Translations under genes and position numbers: made by a program
From: Candidatus Saccharimonadota bacterium
Lineage (GTDB): Bacteria > Patescibacteriota > Saccharimonadia > Saccharimonadales > Saccharimonadaceae
Assembly (NCBI GenBank): GCA_016700015.1
Contig: CP064995.1
Location: 480,001 to 512,000 of the forward strand
DNA length: 32,000 bases
Direction: 5' to 3'
Shown here: positions 1-8,800 of the stretch, in pieces
How positions within the stretch are numbered: position 1 is the first letter of the stretch
Layout of the letters: the number at the start of each line of letters is the position of its first letter
Notes under the pieces: generated by a model
Seen by the model: the letters and a program-made list of their open reading frames with translations, nothing else
What the model was told of the DNA's origin: nothing
The model's database searches: none

Positions 1-99
1 TACAAGAACGGTAAGTGGAGTAACATCGGTGTGGTTACCGCGTTTTTGTTGATGGCAGCAGCAAGCTTTGTATTATTCTATTCTACTCTGCCACGCTAA
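1..99 (+). CDS. 3' end of a CDS running in from upstream; hydrophobic C-terminal tail (..VVTAFLLMAAASFVLFYSTLPR*)
   Basis: Frame 1 is open from base 1 to TAA at 97-99. Too short to assign a family. Confidence 0.3.
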   Translation, partial: YKNGKWSNIGVVTAFLLMAAASFVLFYSTLPR

Positions 100-333
100 A
101 TATGATTGTGTCATGGTTATGATAATTTTGACAGACGAGCAAACGCCATCGTAACCTACAAGTACACCATTTCAACATGTGACAAATTCACTAGACAAGT
201 ACAAGTGTTTCCGTTTGCATGGGTCTGTAACTGCTAGGTAAGTGTTTTCGCTGCACACAGCTTCTAGCACACCACACATAAGTGTACATGGTACCATGCG
301 ATAGCATAGTACTATTGTGATACAATACTTGAG

Positions 334-1635
334 ATGAAAAACGTGCGACATGCCACCCTATCGCTCGATAAAGTAGTCGGTGGCGGACAAACCATCGGCA
401 CGCTTGCAGATGGCCGTAAAGCACTGGTGTGGGGCGGACTACCCGGTGAAGAGGTCGAGATACAGATCACGAAGAAAAAGTCCCGTTTCGTAGAGGGGGT
501 TGTCGCACAAGTGCTCGCAGCATCGGACGAGCGCATCGAGCCGCTTGATCCCACCAGCTACCTCAGCACAAGCCCGTGGCAGATTATGGATTTTGCAGCG
601 GAACAACACTACAAGGCCGCGCTCATCGAAGAAGCATTTGAACTTCACGACATCGTACTGCCCAACCCAATCGAAGTCTATACAGATGGTCAAACAGTGC
701 ATTATCGCAACAAAGTTGAATTTAGTTGGTTTGGTGATACGGGTGAGCAAGGTGATATTCTGAATCTCGCTTTTTTCCATAGAGGCAGTAAGGGAAAGAT
801 CGTAGTGGATGACTGCTCACTGCTGCCGCCCCCAGTAATGCAACTTGCGCGCATAATTCGCGACAGCTTGCAGGCTCGTGGTGCAAGCGCAAGGCAGCTT
901 AAAACACTCCTTATTCGCTGCGATCAGCAAGGAAATTGCGCCTGGCAGCTTTATGTCAAAGATCCAGACTTTGATTTTATCGATGCAACAACTGCGAACG
1001 CACTACCTGCGCTGGGCGGTGAAATTATATATAGCGACCCCAAAAGTCCTGCGAGTCGCATTACTCGGCGACTAGCGTCATTTGGGGCACCAGTTCTTAA
1101 TGACAGTATTTTTGGTAATCATTTTCAATACTCTCCAGAAAGCTTTTTCCAGGTCAATCTCCCTGTCTACAAAGAGGCGCTAAAGGACATGATGGACTGG
1201 ATAACTGATGGGCGACTTGTCGACCTTTATAGCGGGGTCGGAAGTATTGGTCTAAGTATCACCAAAGGTAGCGTTGACCTAGTGGAGATCGACGAACATG
1301 CCGTAAAAGAAATGAGGGTCAATATAGCGTCTCAACAACGCTCAGCAACAGCCCGCGCGATACTAGCTCCAAGCGAAAAAGCGCTTGCGTACATCACCTC
1401 TGACGCAGTCATCGTCGTTGACCCGCCTCGAGCTGGATTACACCGCGACGTTATTGACCGCCTGCTTGAAGTACGACCAGATTGCATTATTTATTTAAGC
1501 TGCAACCCAGTAACACAAGCTCGTGATATTGCTTTGCTATCTTGTGTTTACGGTATCCGCTACCACAGAGGCTACAATTTTTTTCCTCGAACTCCACATA
1601 TCGAACATCTTATCATTTTATACAAAAAACACTAG
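334..1635 (+). CDS. RNA (uracil-5-)-methyltransferase, TrmA/RlmD(RumA) family (TRAM domain + class I SAM methyltransferase)
   Basis: 433-aa ORF. N-terminal TRAM-like beta-barrel region. SAM-MTase motifs VDLYSGVGSIG, VVDPPRAGL and catalytic IIYLSCNP. TACAAT at 321-326 lies 7 nt upstream of the ATG. Confidence 0.85.
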   Translation: MKNVRHATLSLDKVVGGGQTIGTLADGRKALVWGGLPGEEVEIQITKKKSRFVEGVVAQVLAASDERIEPLDPTSYLSTSPWQIMDFAAEQHYKAALIEEAFELHDIVLPNPIEVYTDGQTVHYRNKVEFSWFGDTGEQGDILNLAFFHRGSKGKIVVDDCSLLPPPVMQLARIIRDSLQARGASARQLKTLLIRCDQQGNCAWQLYVKDPDFDFIDATTANALPALGGEIIYSDPKSPASRITRRLASFGAPVLNDSIFGNHFQYSPESFFQVNLPVYKEALKDMMDWITDGRLVDLYSGVGSIGLSITKGSVDLVEIDEHAVKEMRVNIASQQRSATARAILAPSEKALAYITSDAVIVVDPPRAGLHRDVIDRLLEVRPDCIIYLSCNPVTQARDIALLSCVYGIRYHRGYNFFPRTPHIEHLIILYKKH

Positions 1636-1667
1636 CATTATTGTATATATGTTTGTATAATGACCCT

Positions 1668-3290
1668 ATGAAGTACGGTGCTCGTAGGGGTTTTACGCTA
1701 GTTGAAGTGTCGGTAGTAATTGCGCTACTCTCTGTCCTGGCATCAGTAACAGTCGTATCGTTCTCGCAAGCACAGCGCCAAGCGCGTGACAAAAGCCGTG
1801 AAGCAAACGCACAAATTATCGCTGGAGCATTAGAGAAATATTATGTCGCCAATGGCGAATATCCCGGCTGCAACAGAATTTCCCTCGATGCCGCTACTGT
1901 TACGTCGCAATACCTAATTGGCGTCGACAAGTCTGTATTGCGCATGCCACAAGACACCGCACCCGACGACAACTCCATTACTTGCGGTGAGGCGACACTA
2001 GCGACCAATGACATCTACGCTTATGTTGGAGAAACAAGTTCGACATGTAGCACCGGAACTTCCTGCCTAGAGTTCACTCTAAAGTGGCGACAAGAGGCCG
2101 ATAACCAAACACGTTCAATCAGCAGCGAACACAAAGCTGTCATAGCCTCCTCGGGGGCAATAACCGTGTCTGCTTCGCCGACTGGCACTACGACCGGTGC
2201 CGCCTCATGGACAAGCATCCCCAATGCGCTGTCCTATACATTGCAAATCAGTACAAATGCTACCTTCACTGCGCCTACTTCATCGACCTACACAACAACA
2301 AATGGTACTTTCACTGGACTAAGCCAGGGAACAACCTATTGGGTACGCGCCAGAGCCAATTCGGCCAGTTCAACGGGAGATTGGTCAAATACCGCAACCC
2401 TGACTACCAATGCTATCGTCGCACCTACTATCAGCGTTTCTGCTCAATCTGCGACTCAAGTCGGCATATCGTGGGGAACGGTGGCGGGAGCATCTGGTTA
2501 TAATTTGCAATACTCTGCCAACAATACAACCTGGTCGACTCTCGTAAACAGCACAGCAACAAATTCCTACACACATACGGGACTTAACCAGGGCGTACGC
2601 CTCTATTACAGAGTGCAGGCGATTGTTGCTAGTGTCCCTGGCAACTGGGCAGTGGCAAACGTTGTCACGCCTATTAATGCCCCGGCAGCCTTCACAACAA
2701 CTCTTTCTAAACCATCGTGGAACTGGTGGACAATAGGGGCTGACCAGGCAATATGTCCTGCCGGCACCACCAGGTCGTGGGATTGGTACTACTATTCAAA
2801 CATTCGCGGATCTCAGTTTTGGGCGAGCGGTACCGCATACAATTTTGTCGGCTTTAACGCAATGTGGGACGAATCAGTCAGCGTGAACGCATTTGCTCGC
2901 TGCTATACAGCAGAAACAACTAGTGGCTTTACGCAGGGTAGCCCTAATCAAGCATTCTCTATGCCATCAACATACACCTATATTGAAACTGGTAGTCCTT
3001 ACCAGCCGCTATGGCGAAGTACTCACTGGGTTGCCTGGTGCCCTTCGTATACTACTAGCTGGAACTTTCATGTCTGGACTTCGCCTGCAGTTGGCATCGA
3101 CTTCTGGACAACAGTGAATGATGGTTGGTATGACAAAGAGAATATTGCATGGGGGGATGGTAATAGCTGGCTGCAGTCACACTGCTATGGACCATGGGGG
3201 GATCTTGTGATTGAACGAAGTGCCAGCTATGGCAACGGTTGCATGCCACCGAATCCTGTAGCGATATGTTATTCACGATCACCGTACTAA
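1668..3290 (+). CDS. Large type IV pilin-like protein with two FN3-like repeats and a Trp/Cys-rich C-terminal domain
   Basis: MKYGARRG|FTLVEVSVVIALLSVLASVTVV is a prepilin cleavage/N-methylation motif plus hydrophobic helix. FN3-like repeats: AASWTSIPNALSYTLQ..YWVRARA and ISWGTVAGASGYNLQYS..YYRVQA. Start moved from the ORF-track 1542 to ATG 1668: 1542-1635 overlaps the upstream gene, and TATAAT 1656-1661 sits 6 nt upstream. Confidence 0.8.
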   Translation: MKYGARRGFTLVEVSVVIALLSVLASVTVVSFSQAQRQARDKSREANAQIIAGALEKYYVANGEYPGCNRISLDAATVTSQYLIGVDKSVLRMPQDTAPDDNSITCGEATLATNDIYAYVGETSSTCSTGTSCLEFTLKWRQEADNQTRSISSEHKAVIASSGAITVSASPTGTTTGAASWTSIPNALSYTLQISTNATFTAPTSSTYTTTNGTFTGLSQGTTYWVRARANSASSTGDWSNTATLTTNAIVAPTISVSAQSATQVGISWGTVAGASGYNLQYSANNTTWSTLVNSTATNSYTHTGLNQGVRLYYRVQAIVASVPGNWAVANVVTPINAPAAFTTTLSKPSWNWWTIGADQAICPAGTTRSWDWYYYSNIRGSQFWASGTAYNFVGFNAMWDESVSVNAFARCYTAETTSGFTQGSPNQAFSMPSTYTYIETGSPYQPLWRSTHWVAWCPSYTTSWNFHVWTSPAVGIDFWTTVNDGWYDKENIAWGDGNSWLQSHCYGPWGDLVIERSASYGNGCMPPNPVAICYSRSPY

Positions 3291-3309
3291 TAATTGGAGG
3301 CTCAGTCTG

Positions 3310-4152
3310 ATGAAGAAAAAAATTCTTGTTACCGTAGCGTCAGTGCTTTTGGTCATATTGCTTGCGGCATTCACTTATTATTTACTCAGTACTTTCGTAA
3401 AACGACCTTCCAATAAAACAATCTCCACTCCAGAGCTAACGGAAGTGAAGAGCTTTGACGAGATCGCCAAACAGTACGGCCGACTTTCTACTAAGCTACC
3501 TGCCTACAGTCCTTTGGCCGGCAGCTATTCGACACTATCGTCATATTCCTATACACCCCAAGGGGCAACTTATAGCGTAACGGTAAATCTCCCATTTGTC
3601 GGTGGGTTTGAGCATAAAAATAAACAGTCCGAGGACCTCACCGATGTAACAAAAATAACGACTGAACTATTGGTCTCGAAGGGGTTCAAGGAAACTAATT
3701 ATCCGGGTCGGTCGGCGAAGCTCTTTGACAGTAAAAATGTTATATGTCTTGTTGGCTCGGCTGCTAAAACCAAGGAAAACGCTGCCTATTCTGCCCTCTA
3801 CTGTTCGCAAAAAAATGAACGTGGCGTGCTAGAAACTGAGTCCAAAGAAGTAAAGAAACTTATTGAACTTATCAAGGACTCTCCGTCTCCACTTGATAAC
3901 TCACCAACGATTAGCAGATATACTGTCACAGAAAACGAGAAAAAATTTACCACGCTTATGTTTGTGTACAGTGGCAAACTGCCGTCACGTGCGTATTTTG
4001 CATCTGTCAACGATAAAACGTATTATTTAGGCTCAGCACTCCACAGCTCGTACGATAATGATACTCCCAGCGAATTACCTGTTGGGGTTCTAAAGGCCGC
4101 AAACGATACAGCACTCTATGGTGATTTCATAAAACGTCAGTTTAGACTCTGA
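3310..4152 (+). CDS. Hypothetical membrane-anchored protein (single N-terminal TM helix) between two pilin genes
   Basis: 280-aa ORF with N-terminus MKKKILVTVASVLLVILLAAFTYYLL. GGAGG at 3296-3300 precedes the ATG. No recognisable domain. Confidence 0.6.
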   Translation: MKKKILVTVASVLLVILLAAFTYYLLSTFVKRPSNKTISTPELTEVKSFDEIAKQYGRLSTKLPAYSPLAGSYSTLSSYSYTPQGATYSVTVNLPFVGGFEHKNKQSEDLTDVTKITTELLVSKGFKETNYPGRSAKLFDSKNVICLVGSAAKTKENAAYSALYCSQKNERGVLETESKEVKKLIELIKDSPSPLDNSPTISRYTVTENEKKFTTLMFVYSGKLPSRAYFASVNDKTYYLGSALHSSYDNDTPSELPVGVLKAANDTALYGDFIKRQFRL

Positions 4153-4157
4153 TACCT

Positions 4158-4883
4158 ATGTCTTCTAGGTGGAAAAAGCATAACTTACGCTGCTACGATA
4201 ATAATTATGCTCACGCCTGGGGTGGTTTTACTCTATTAGAGATTGCTTTCATAACTGCAGTTTTAGCGGTCCTGTTCACCATGGCAGTGGCTACTTTTAA
4301 CCGGGTTCAGTCGGGGTCTCGCGATAATAAGCGCGATCTTGATATGCATATTCTATATAGTGAACTCGAAAAGTACTATGAATCTCACGGGGAATACCCT
4401 GCTGGCTGCCCGGATACTGACTCTTCCGTTCTTGCCGGACAATGCTGGTTACTATCGACTAATGCGATGGCAGCGCCGTCGCTTGACTCGAGTACGTCAT
4501 TATCAAGTCTGCAGACTATTCTACCTGGAATTGGCGACGACTGGGGCGACCCACGTTTTCCAGTCAATAGCGATGGGTCTCCAGTAGCAAGTCCCGGCGA
4601 TATAAAACCTTTCATGTTACGCGACACATCAAACGACGATGGAAGGTACTTTTACCTGGGCTCAAGTAGTACCGGCGATGTCAGCACAAGCCGACCATCC
4701 TATTTCAGCCTACATTGTACTTTTCTCTTACCGGCTTCGAGTATAATCCCTAGTAATTATATGGCAGGTTATTTCAGCGAGGTAGATACAAAATGGCACC
4801 TGTTTCATGGTCTGCACGGTGAAAAGTGGCAAATCGAAAACTGCACCGAAGGCGTGGAGTATATTATTGATACAACAATCTGA
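4158..4883 (+). CDS. Type IV pilin-like protein (paralog of the N-terminal region of 1668..3290)
   Basis: ..HAWG|GFTLLEIAFITAVLAVLFTMAVATF is a prepilin motif. It shares LEKYYESHGEYP with LEKYYVANGEYP in the first pilin. The leader is unusually long (about 22 aa). Confidence 0.75.
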   Translation: MSSRWKKHNLRCYDNNYAHAWGGFTLLEIAFITAVLAVLFTMAVATFNRVQSGSRDNKRDLDMHILYSELEKYYESHGEYPAGCPDTDSSVLAGQCWLLSTNAMAAPSLDSSTSLSSLQTILPGIGDDWGDPRFPVNSDGSPVASPGDIKPFMLRDTSNDDGRYFYLGSSSTGDVSTSRPSYFSLHCTFLLPASSIIPSNYMAGYFSEVDTKWHLFHGLHGEKWQIENCTEGVEYIIDTTI

Positions 4884-5375
4884 CTAGCTAGTCTTGATCC
4901 GACGATAGGTAAATTTGGCGGCCGCACGCCAGCCACCACGCGCATCACTATCGGCCTTGCGGATAGTACCATCAATTATTTCACTTACAAGAAAAAGGGC
5001 AGGAGAATAGGGCGCAAGCGTGCGATAAAACATAATATCTGATTCATGCACGTCTTTACGACCCGGAAACACAGTGCGAAATTTTTCGCGGCCAATATCG
5101 TCGAAATAAGTAGGCCTGCCTTTTGGCGGAAGGTACATTTCAGGCCTCAGATTCATGCGCGCAGCGATTTTTTTGACGTCACCAAGCAACAGACGCGCCG
5201 GACCGTAAATATAGCAGTAAAGTTGCTTCTTGGTCGATAAAAACACTGTCGCTTTGGCAGAATGCCCGACATCGACCCCACGTACAATGACTTTTTCGAT
5301 GTCCAGCTGCACACCAAATTGGCTTTTCGCCAGCCGCTCGAGTGCGAAATCATCAAATATATCGCCGTTATCCAT
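4884..5375 (-). CDS. Hypothetical protein, 163 aa
   Basis: Clean ORF with normal composition. TGATATACT -10 (5383-5391 on the minus strand) lies 7 nt upstream of the ATG. No family recognised. Confidence 0.6.
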   Translation of the reverse strand: MDNGDIFDDFALERLAKSQFGVQLDIEKVIVRGVDVGHSAKATVFLSTKKQLYCYIYGPARLLLGDVKKIAARMNLRPEMYLPPKGRPTYFDDIGREKFRTVFPGRKDVHESDIMFYRTLAPYSPALFLVSEIIDGTIRKADSDARGGWRAAAKFTYRRIKTS

Positions 5376-5450
5376 AGCAAAAAGTATATCATACCATAGA
5401 ATAGCTGTCGAAAGTAACGGGGGTGGATTTCAAAATCGTAAATATGACTA

Positions 5451-5479
5451 TTGACAATTTGTTTGATTTGATATATAAT
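5451..5479 (+). promoter_or_regulatory. Consensus sigma70-type promoter TTGACA-17-TATAAT
   Basis: TTGACA 5451-5456, exact 17-nt spacer, TATAAT 5474-5479. Confidence 0.6.
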
Positions 5480-5485
5480 GATATT

Positions 5486-5862
5486 TATACTGTTCGTCGG
5501 TCGGGCGCCCGACACATGGCCTGGGCCACCGACGAACAGCGCACCTTGAGGAGAGTCGCGGTACCCGCGCGTAAGGGTATCGCAACCATTGCGAAAGGCA
5601 CGACGCCTGCCGCGACTCTCCTCCCTCACACCCCGACGGAAGTAATTCTGTCGGTAAACCCTGCGGCAGTGGTGCTCCGCAGGTGGTCACGCAGGTGACC
5701 GATAGCGCACCTACACGCAGTATCCGCAGCTGCGTGGCGCCCAATGTGCAATCGATGGCGTTTCGTGCGGCCCTCGGCGCCCGGTATATCCAAGTAGCCA
5801 CTCGCTACGTTCCGGGCCCCGAGGGGCTCACTTTTCCCGCCCGAAAGCGGGTTATTTTATTT
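5486..5862 (+). ncRNA. Unassigned GC-rich, highly structured RNA (~375 nt)
   Basis: Bounded by the promoter above and an intrinsic terminator. Hand-paired helices: 5490-5501/5528-5539 (12 bp); 5548-5561/5610-5623 (14 bp) enclosing 3 hairpins; 5633-5641/5646-5654 with a GUAA loop; 5660-5666/5677-5683; 5685-5690/5695-5700; 5714-5720/5730-5736; 5770-5784/5812-5827. No SD-led ORF. Confidence 0.6.
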
Positions 5863-5864
5863 TC
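5836..5864 (+). terminator. Intrinsic terminator of the structured RNA
   Basis: CCCGC-CCGAAA-GCGGG followed by TTATTTTATTTTC. Confidence 0.65.
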
Positions 5865-5880
5865 TCTGTATAATAGAGAG

Positions 5881-8800
5881 GTGGCTGAATTCGAAAAAAG
5901 ATATAAGCAGCTGAACAAAGCGCAGCGCGAAGCGGTGGATAGTATTGAAGGTCCGCTCTTAGTTATTGCTGGCCCCGGCACAGGTAAGACTGAGTTACTA
6001 AGTATGCGCGCCGCCAACATATTACAAAAGACCGACACGCTGCCCCAAAATATACTTTGTCTCACATTTACCGATAGTGGTGCTGCTGCTATGCGCCAGC
6101 GACTGGCTAGTATTATTGGCCCCGATGCCTATAAAGTCGCTATCCATACTTTCCATAGTTTTGGGAGTGAAGTTATCAACCAGAATAGCGAATACTTTTA
6201 CCATGGTGCCGCATTTAAGCCGGCCGATGAGCTGACGAGTCATGAGATACTGACTGGGATTTTTGACGAGCTCGACTATACCAACCCGCTCACCAGTAAA
6301 ATGAATGGGGAATACACCTATCTTAGCGACGCCAAAACGGTTATTAGCGAGCTAAAGCGTAATGGTTTGACGAGCGATGAACTACTGACCATCATCGCCT
6401 CCAACGACATCGTTCTCGACAGTGTTGAAAAAGAACTGAGTAGGATATTTTCTGAGCGGCCAAGCACCACCATGCTCCCACTCTTAGTGCCGCTTGCAAA
6501 AAAGGTCGCAGAACTCGCGCCACAACCTATCCCATCGGCCTATACGCCACTCTCAAATACCTTGTCGCTCAGTATGGCGCATGCGTTCGACCACGCCGTC
6601 GCAGCAAATAGTACGAAACCCCTTACCGCGTGGCGCGATGAATGGCTGGAAAAAAATGACCAGGGTAGCTTCGTGTTCAAAGATCGCAAACGCCACGCCA
6701 AGCTGCGAGCCCTAAGCCACATTTACTATGCTTATCTGACGCGCATGGAGCAAGCCGGACTATACGATTTCGATGACATGGTACTGGGCGTTATTCACGG
6801 ACTCGAAACGCAGGCAGACCTTGCATACAACTTGCAAGAAAAGTACCACTATATTATGGTGGATGAGTTTCAAGACACCAACCTTGCGCAGCTCCGTGTG
6901 CTGTTCGCGCTCACCAACAGTCCACTCTATGAGGGCAAGCCGAATATCATGGCAGTCGGTGATGATGACCAAGCAATTTATAGTTTTCAGGGCGCCGAAG
7001 TCAACAATATTCATCGTTTCCGTAGTCAATATCCGGGTATGCGCCTGGTAGTGCTAACCGACAATTACCGGTCGGCAAAACCAATCTTACTCCACGCACG
7101 TGAGGTGATAATACAAGGCGAAGATCGACTCGAATCAACCATGAGCGATCTCGGCCTGGTAAAAGAGCTCGTCGCCCTCACCACGCCCAAAGCGCCCAAA
7201 GTTCAGCTGATGCCATTTGCTTCCCAAGTTGAAGAGTACAGCTGGATTGCTAGGGATATCGCCAATCACATTGAGAGTGGTCAACCGGCCTCAACTATCG
7301 CCATACTAGCGCGCCGCCACAGCGAGCTCGTAGCTATGCTGCCGTATTTATATGCTAATAATATCACTGTCAACTATGAACGCCGCGATGACGTCCTTTC
7401 GATGGACGTCGTGATAGCGCTCGAACTTATCGCTTCGATTGCAGTGCACCTGTTCGACCGGGATATCGAAGCAGCCGATAGCCTATTGCCCGAACTGTTG
7501 GCTCATCCGGCATTTTTATGTGACCCTGAAGCGGTCTGGCGCATAAGTTTAGTAAGCCATCGCAATCATTTGTCGTGGCTCGAAAGCATGGCAACAACAC
7601 CTGAGTTTGCGCCCTTACAACAATGGCTTGTTTCGCTTGCGCTCGCCGTACCACACACCCCGCTTGAGCAATTTCTCGACATGCTTCTTGGCATGCCGGC
7701 CGACTCAACAAAAGACGATGTCGTTTCGTATCGGTCGCCCCTTTATGAGCACTACTTCAGTGCCGAACAACTTGCTATTAATCCCGAAGCTTACCTTGTA
7801 GCGCTTGACGCACTTCGTACTATTCGCGCCCACTTACGCGACTTTAAACCAAATAGCCCGCTTCACGTCCGTGACTTTTTGGAGTACACGACGATGTATC
7901 GACAGATAGGAACAGGCATAACAAGCCTGCGTAGGCAGGCCGACGAGATTGCCGGCTCAGTGCATTTGATGACCGTTCACAAAGCCAAGGGGCTGGAGTT
8001 CGATTCGGTATATATCGCCGGAGCCCATGACGGCGCCTGGGGCGAGCGGGTTCGTAGTCGTAGCCGACTGATTGGCTATCCCGAAAATCTTCAATTAGCT
8101 CCTGCCGGAAACACCTACAGCGAACGTCTACGACTATTCTATGTCGCGATGACCCGCGCCAAGCAACAGCTATCGATAAGCCACCCGACCGTCGCCGAAA
8201 ATGGCAGTACACTGCTGCCGGCTAGTTTTTTGACCGGTACTTCGCTGACAGCTATTGAGCAGCTGTCAATTCCGTCGTCGACCGAGCAAAACGCGCAAGC
8301 CCTGGTAGCATGGCACGATTACTATACACGCGCGACGACCGACTCCATGCAGCTACTACTTGCGCCGCTACTAGAAACCTACAAGCTGTCGGCAACGCAC
8401 TTGAATAACTTCATCGATCTATCCCGCGGCGGCCCTGGAACCTTCTTGCTCAACAATCTTTTGCGGTTCCCGCAGGCCAAAAGCGCCAATGCAGCGTACG
8501 GCACTGCAATCCACACCACTCTTCAGCGAGCACATGCTCATTTGTCGGCAACCGGCAGGCGAAAACCAATCGAAGATGTCCTGGGCGATTTCGTAAAAGA
8601 AATGACAAATCAGCATCTCGACAGCAGCGACACAGAGCTGTTCATACAAAAAGGCCAAGACAGTCTGAGTGCTTTTTTGTCGCAGTATTATAACAGCTTC
8701 ACCCCGTCGCAGCGCACAGAACTCGGCTTTGGCAATCAGTCAGTTGTGTGCGACGGCGTGCGCCTGACAGGTTCACTCGACCTAGTCGAGATTATCGATC

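Noticed and set aside
100-333. Possible small RNA or ORF in the 230-nt region upstream of the methyltransferase gene
   Set aside because: There are only short palindromes (for example CATGGTACCATG at 286-297), no terminator and no convincing promoter/ORF pair. The minus-strand ORF 191..424 overlaps the methyltransferase start and looks spurious.
1542-1667. Upstream extension of the pilin ORF overlapping the methyltransferase gene
   Set aside because: It overlaps the 3' end of 334..1635 in another frame. The pilin signal sequence begins at ATG 1668, which has its own -10 box.
5153-5801. ORFs 5423..5698(+), 5448..5801(-) and 5153..5629(-) overlapping the GC-rich region
   Set aside because: High GC suppresses stop codons on both strands. 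The products are Arg/Ala/Pro-rich low-complexity strings, and none has an SD or a leaderless -10. The region is packed with 6-14 bp perfect helices. An internal ATG at 5515 gives a 60-aa frame with fairly high GC3, so coding is not fully excluded, but RNA is the better explanation.
5486-5862. RNase P RNA, tmRNA, SRP RNA or riboswitch identity for the structured RNA
   Set aside because: The size fits RNase P or tmRNA. However, the P4 strands are absent (only GAGGAGAGUCGCGG, which pairs with a perfect complement about 50 nt away). There is no 5' GGGG or 3' T-arm plus CCA of tmRNA. There is no GGAA/AGCA domain IV motif of SRP. The partial resemblances to T-box, FMN and B12 boxes were only 6-8 nt. 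This needs cmscan for certainty.
5683-5880. N-terminal 66-aa extension of the helicase ORF given by the ORF track
   Set aside because: The extension runs through the helices and the intrinsic terminator of the structured RNA. It has no helicase-like sequence. The first helicase-family residues (..LNKAQREAV..GPGTGKT) begin right after GTG 5881, which has a -10 box 6 nt upstream.
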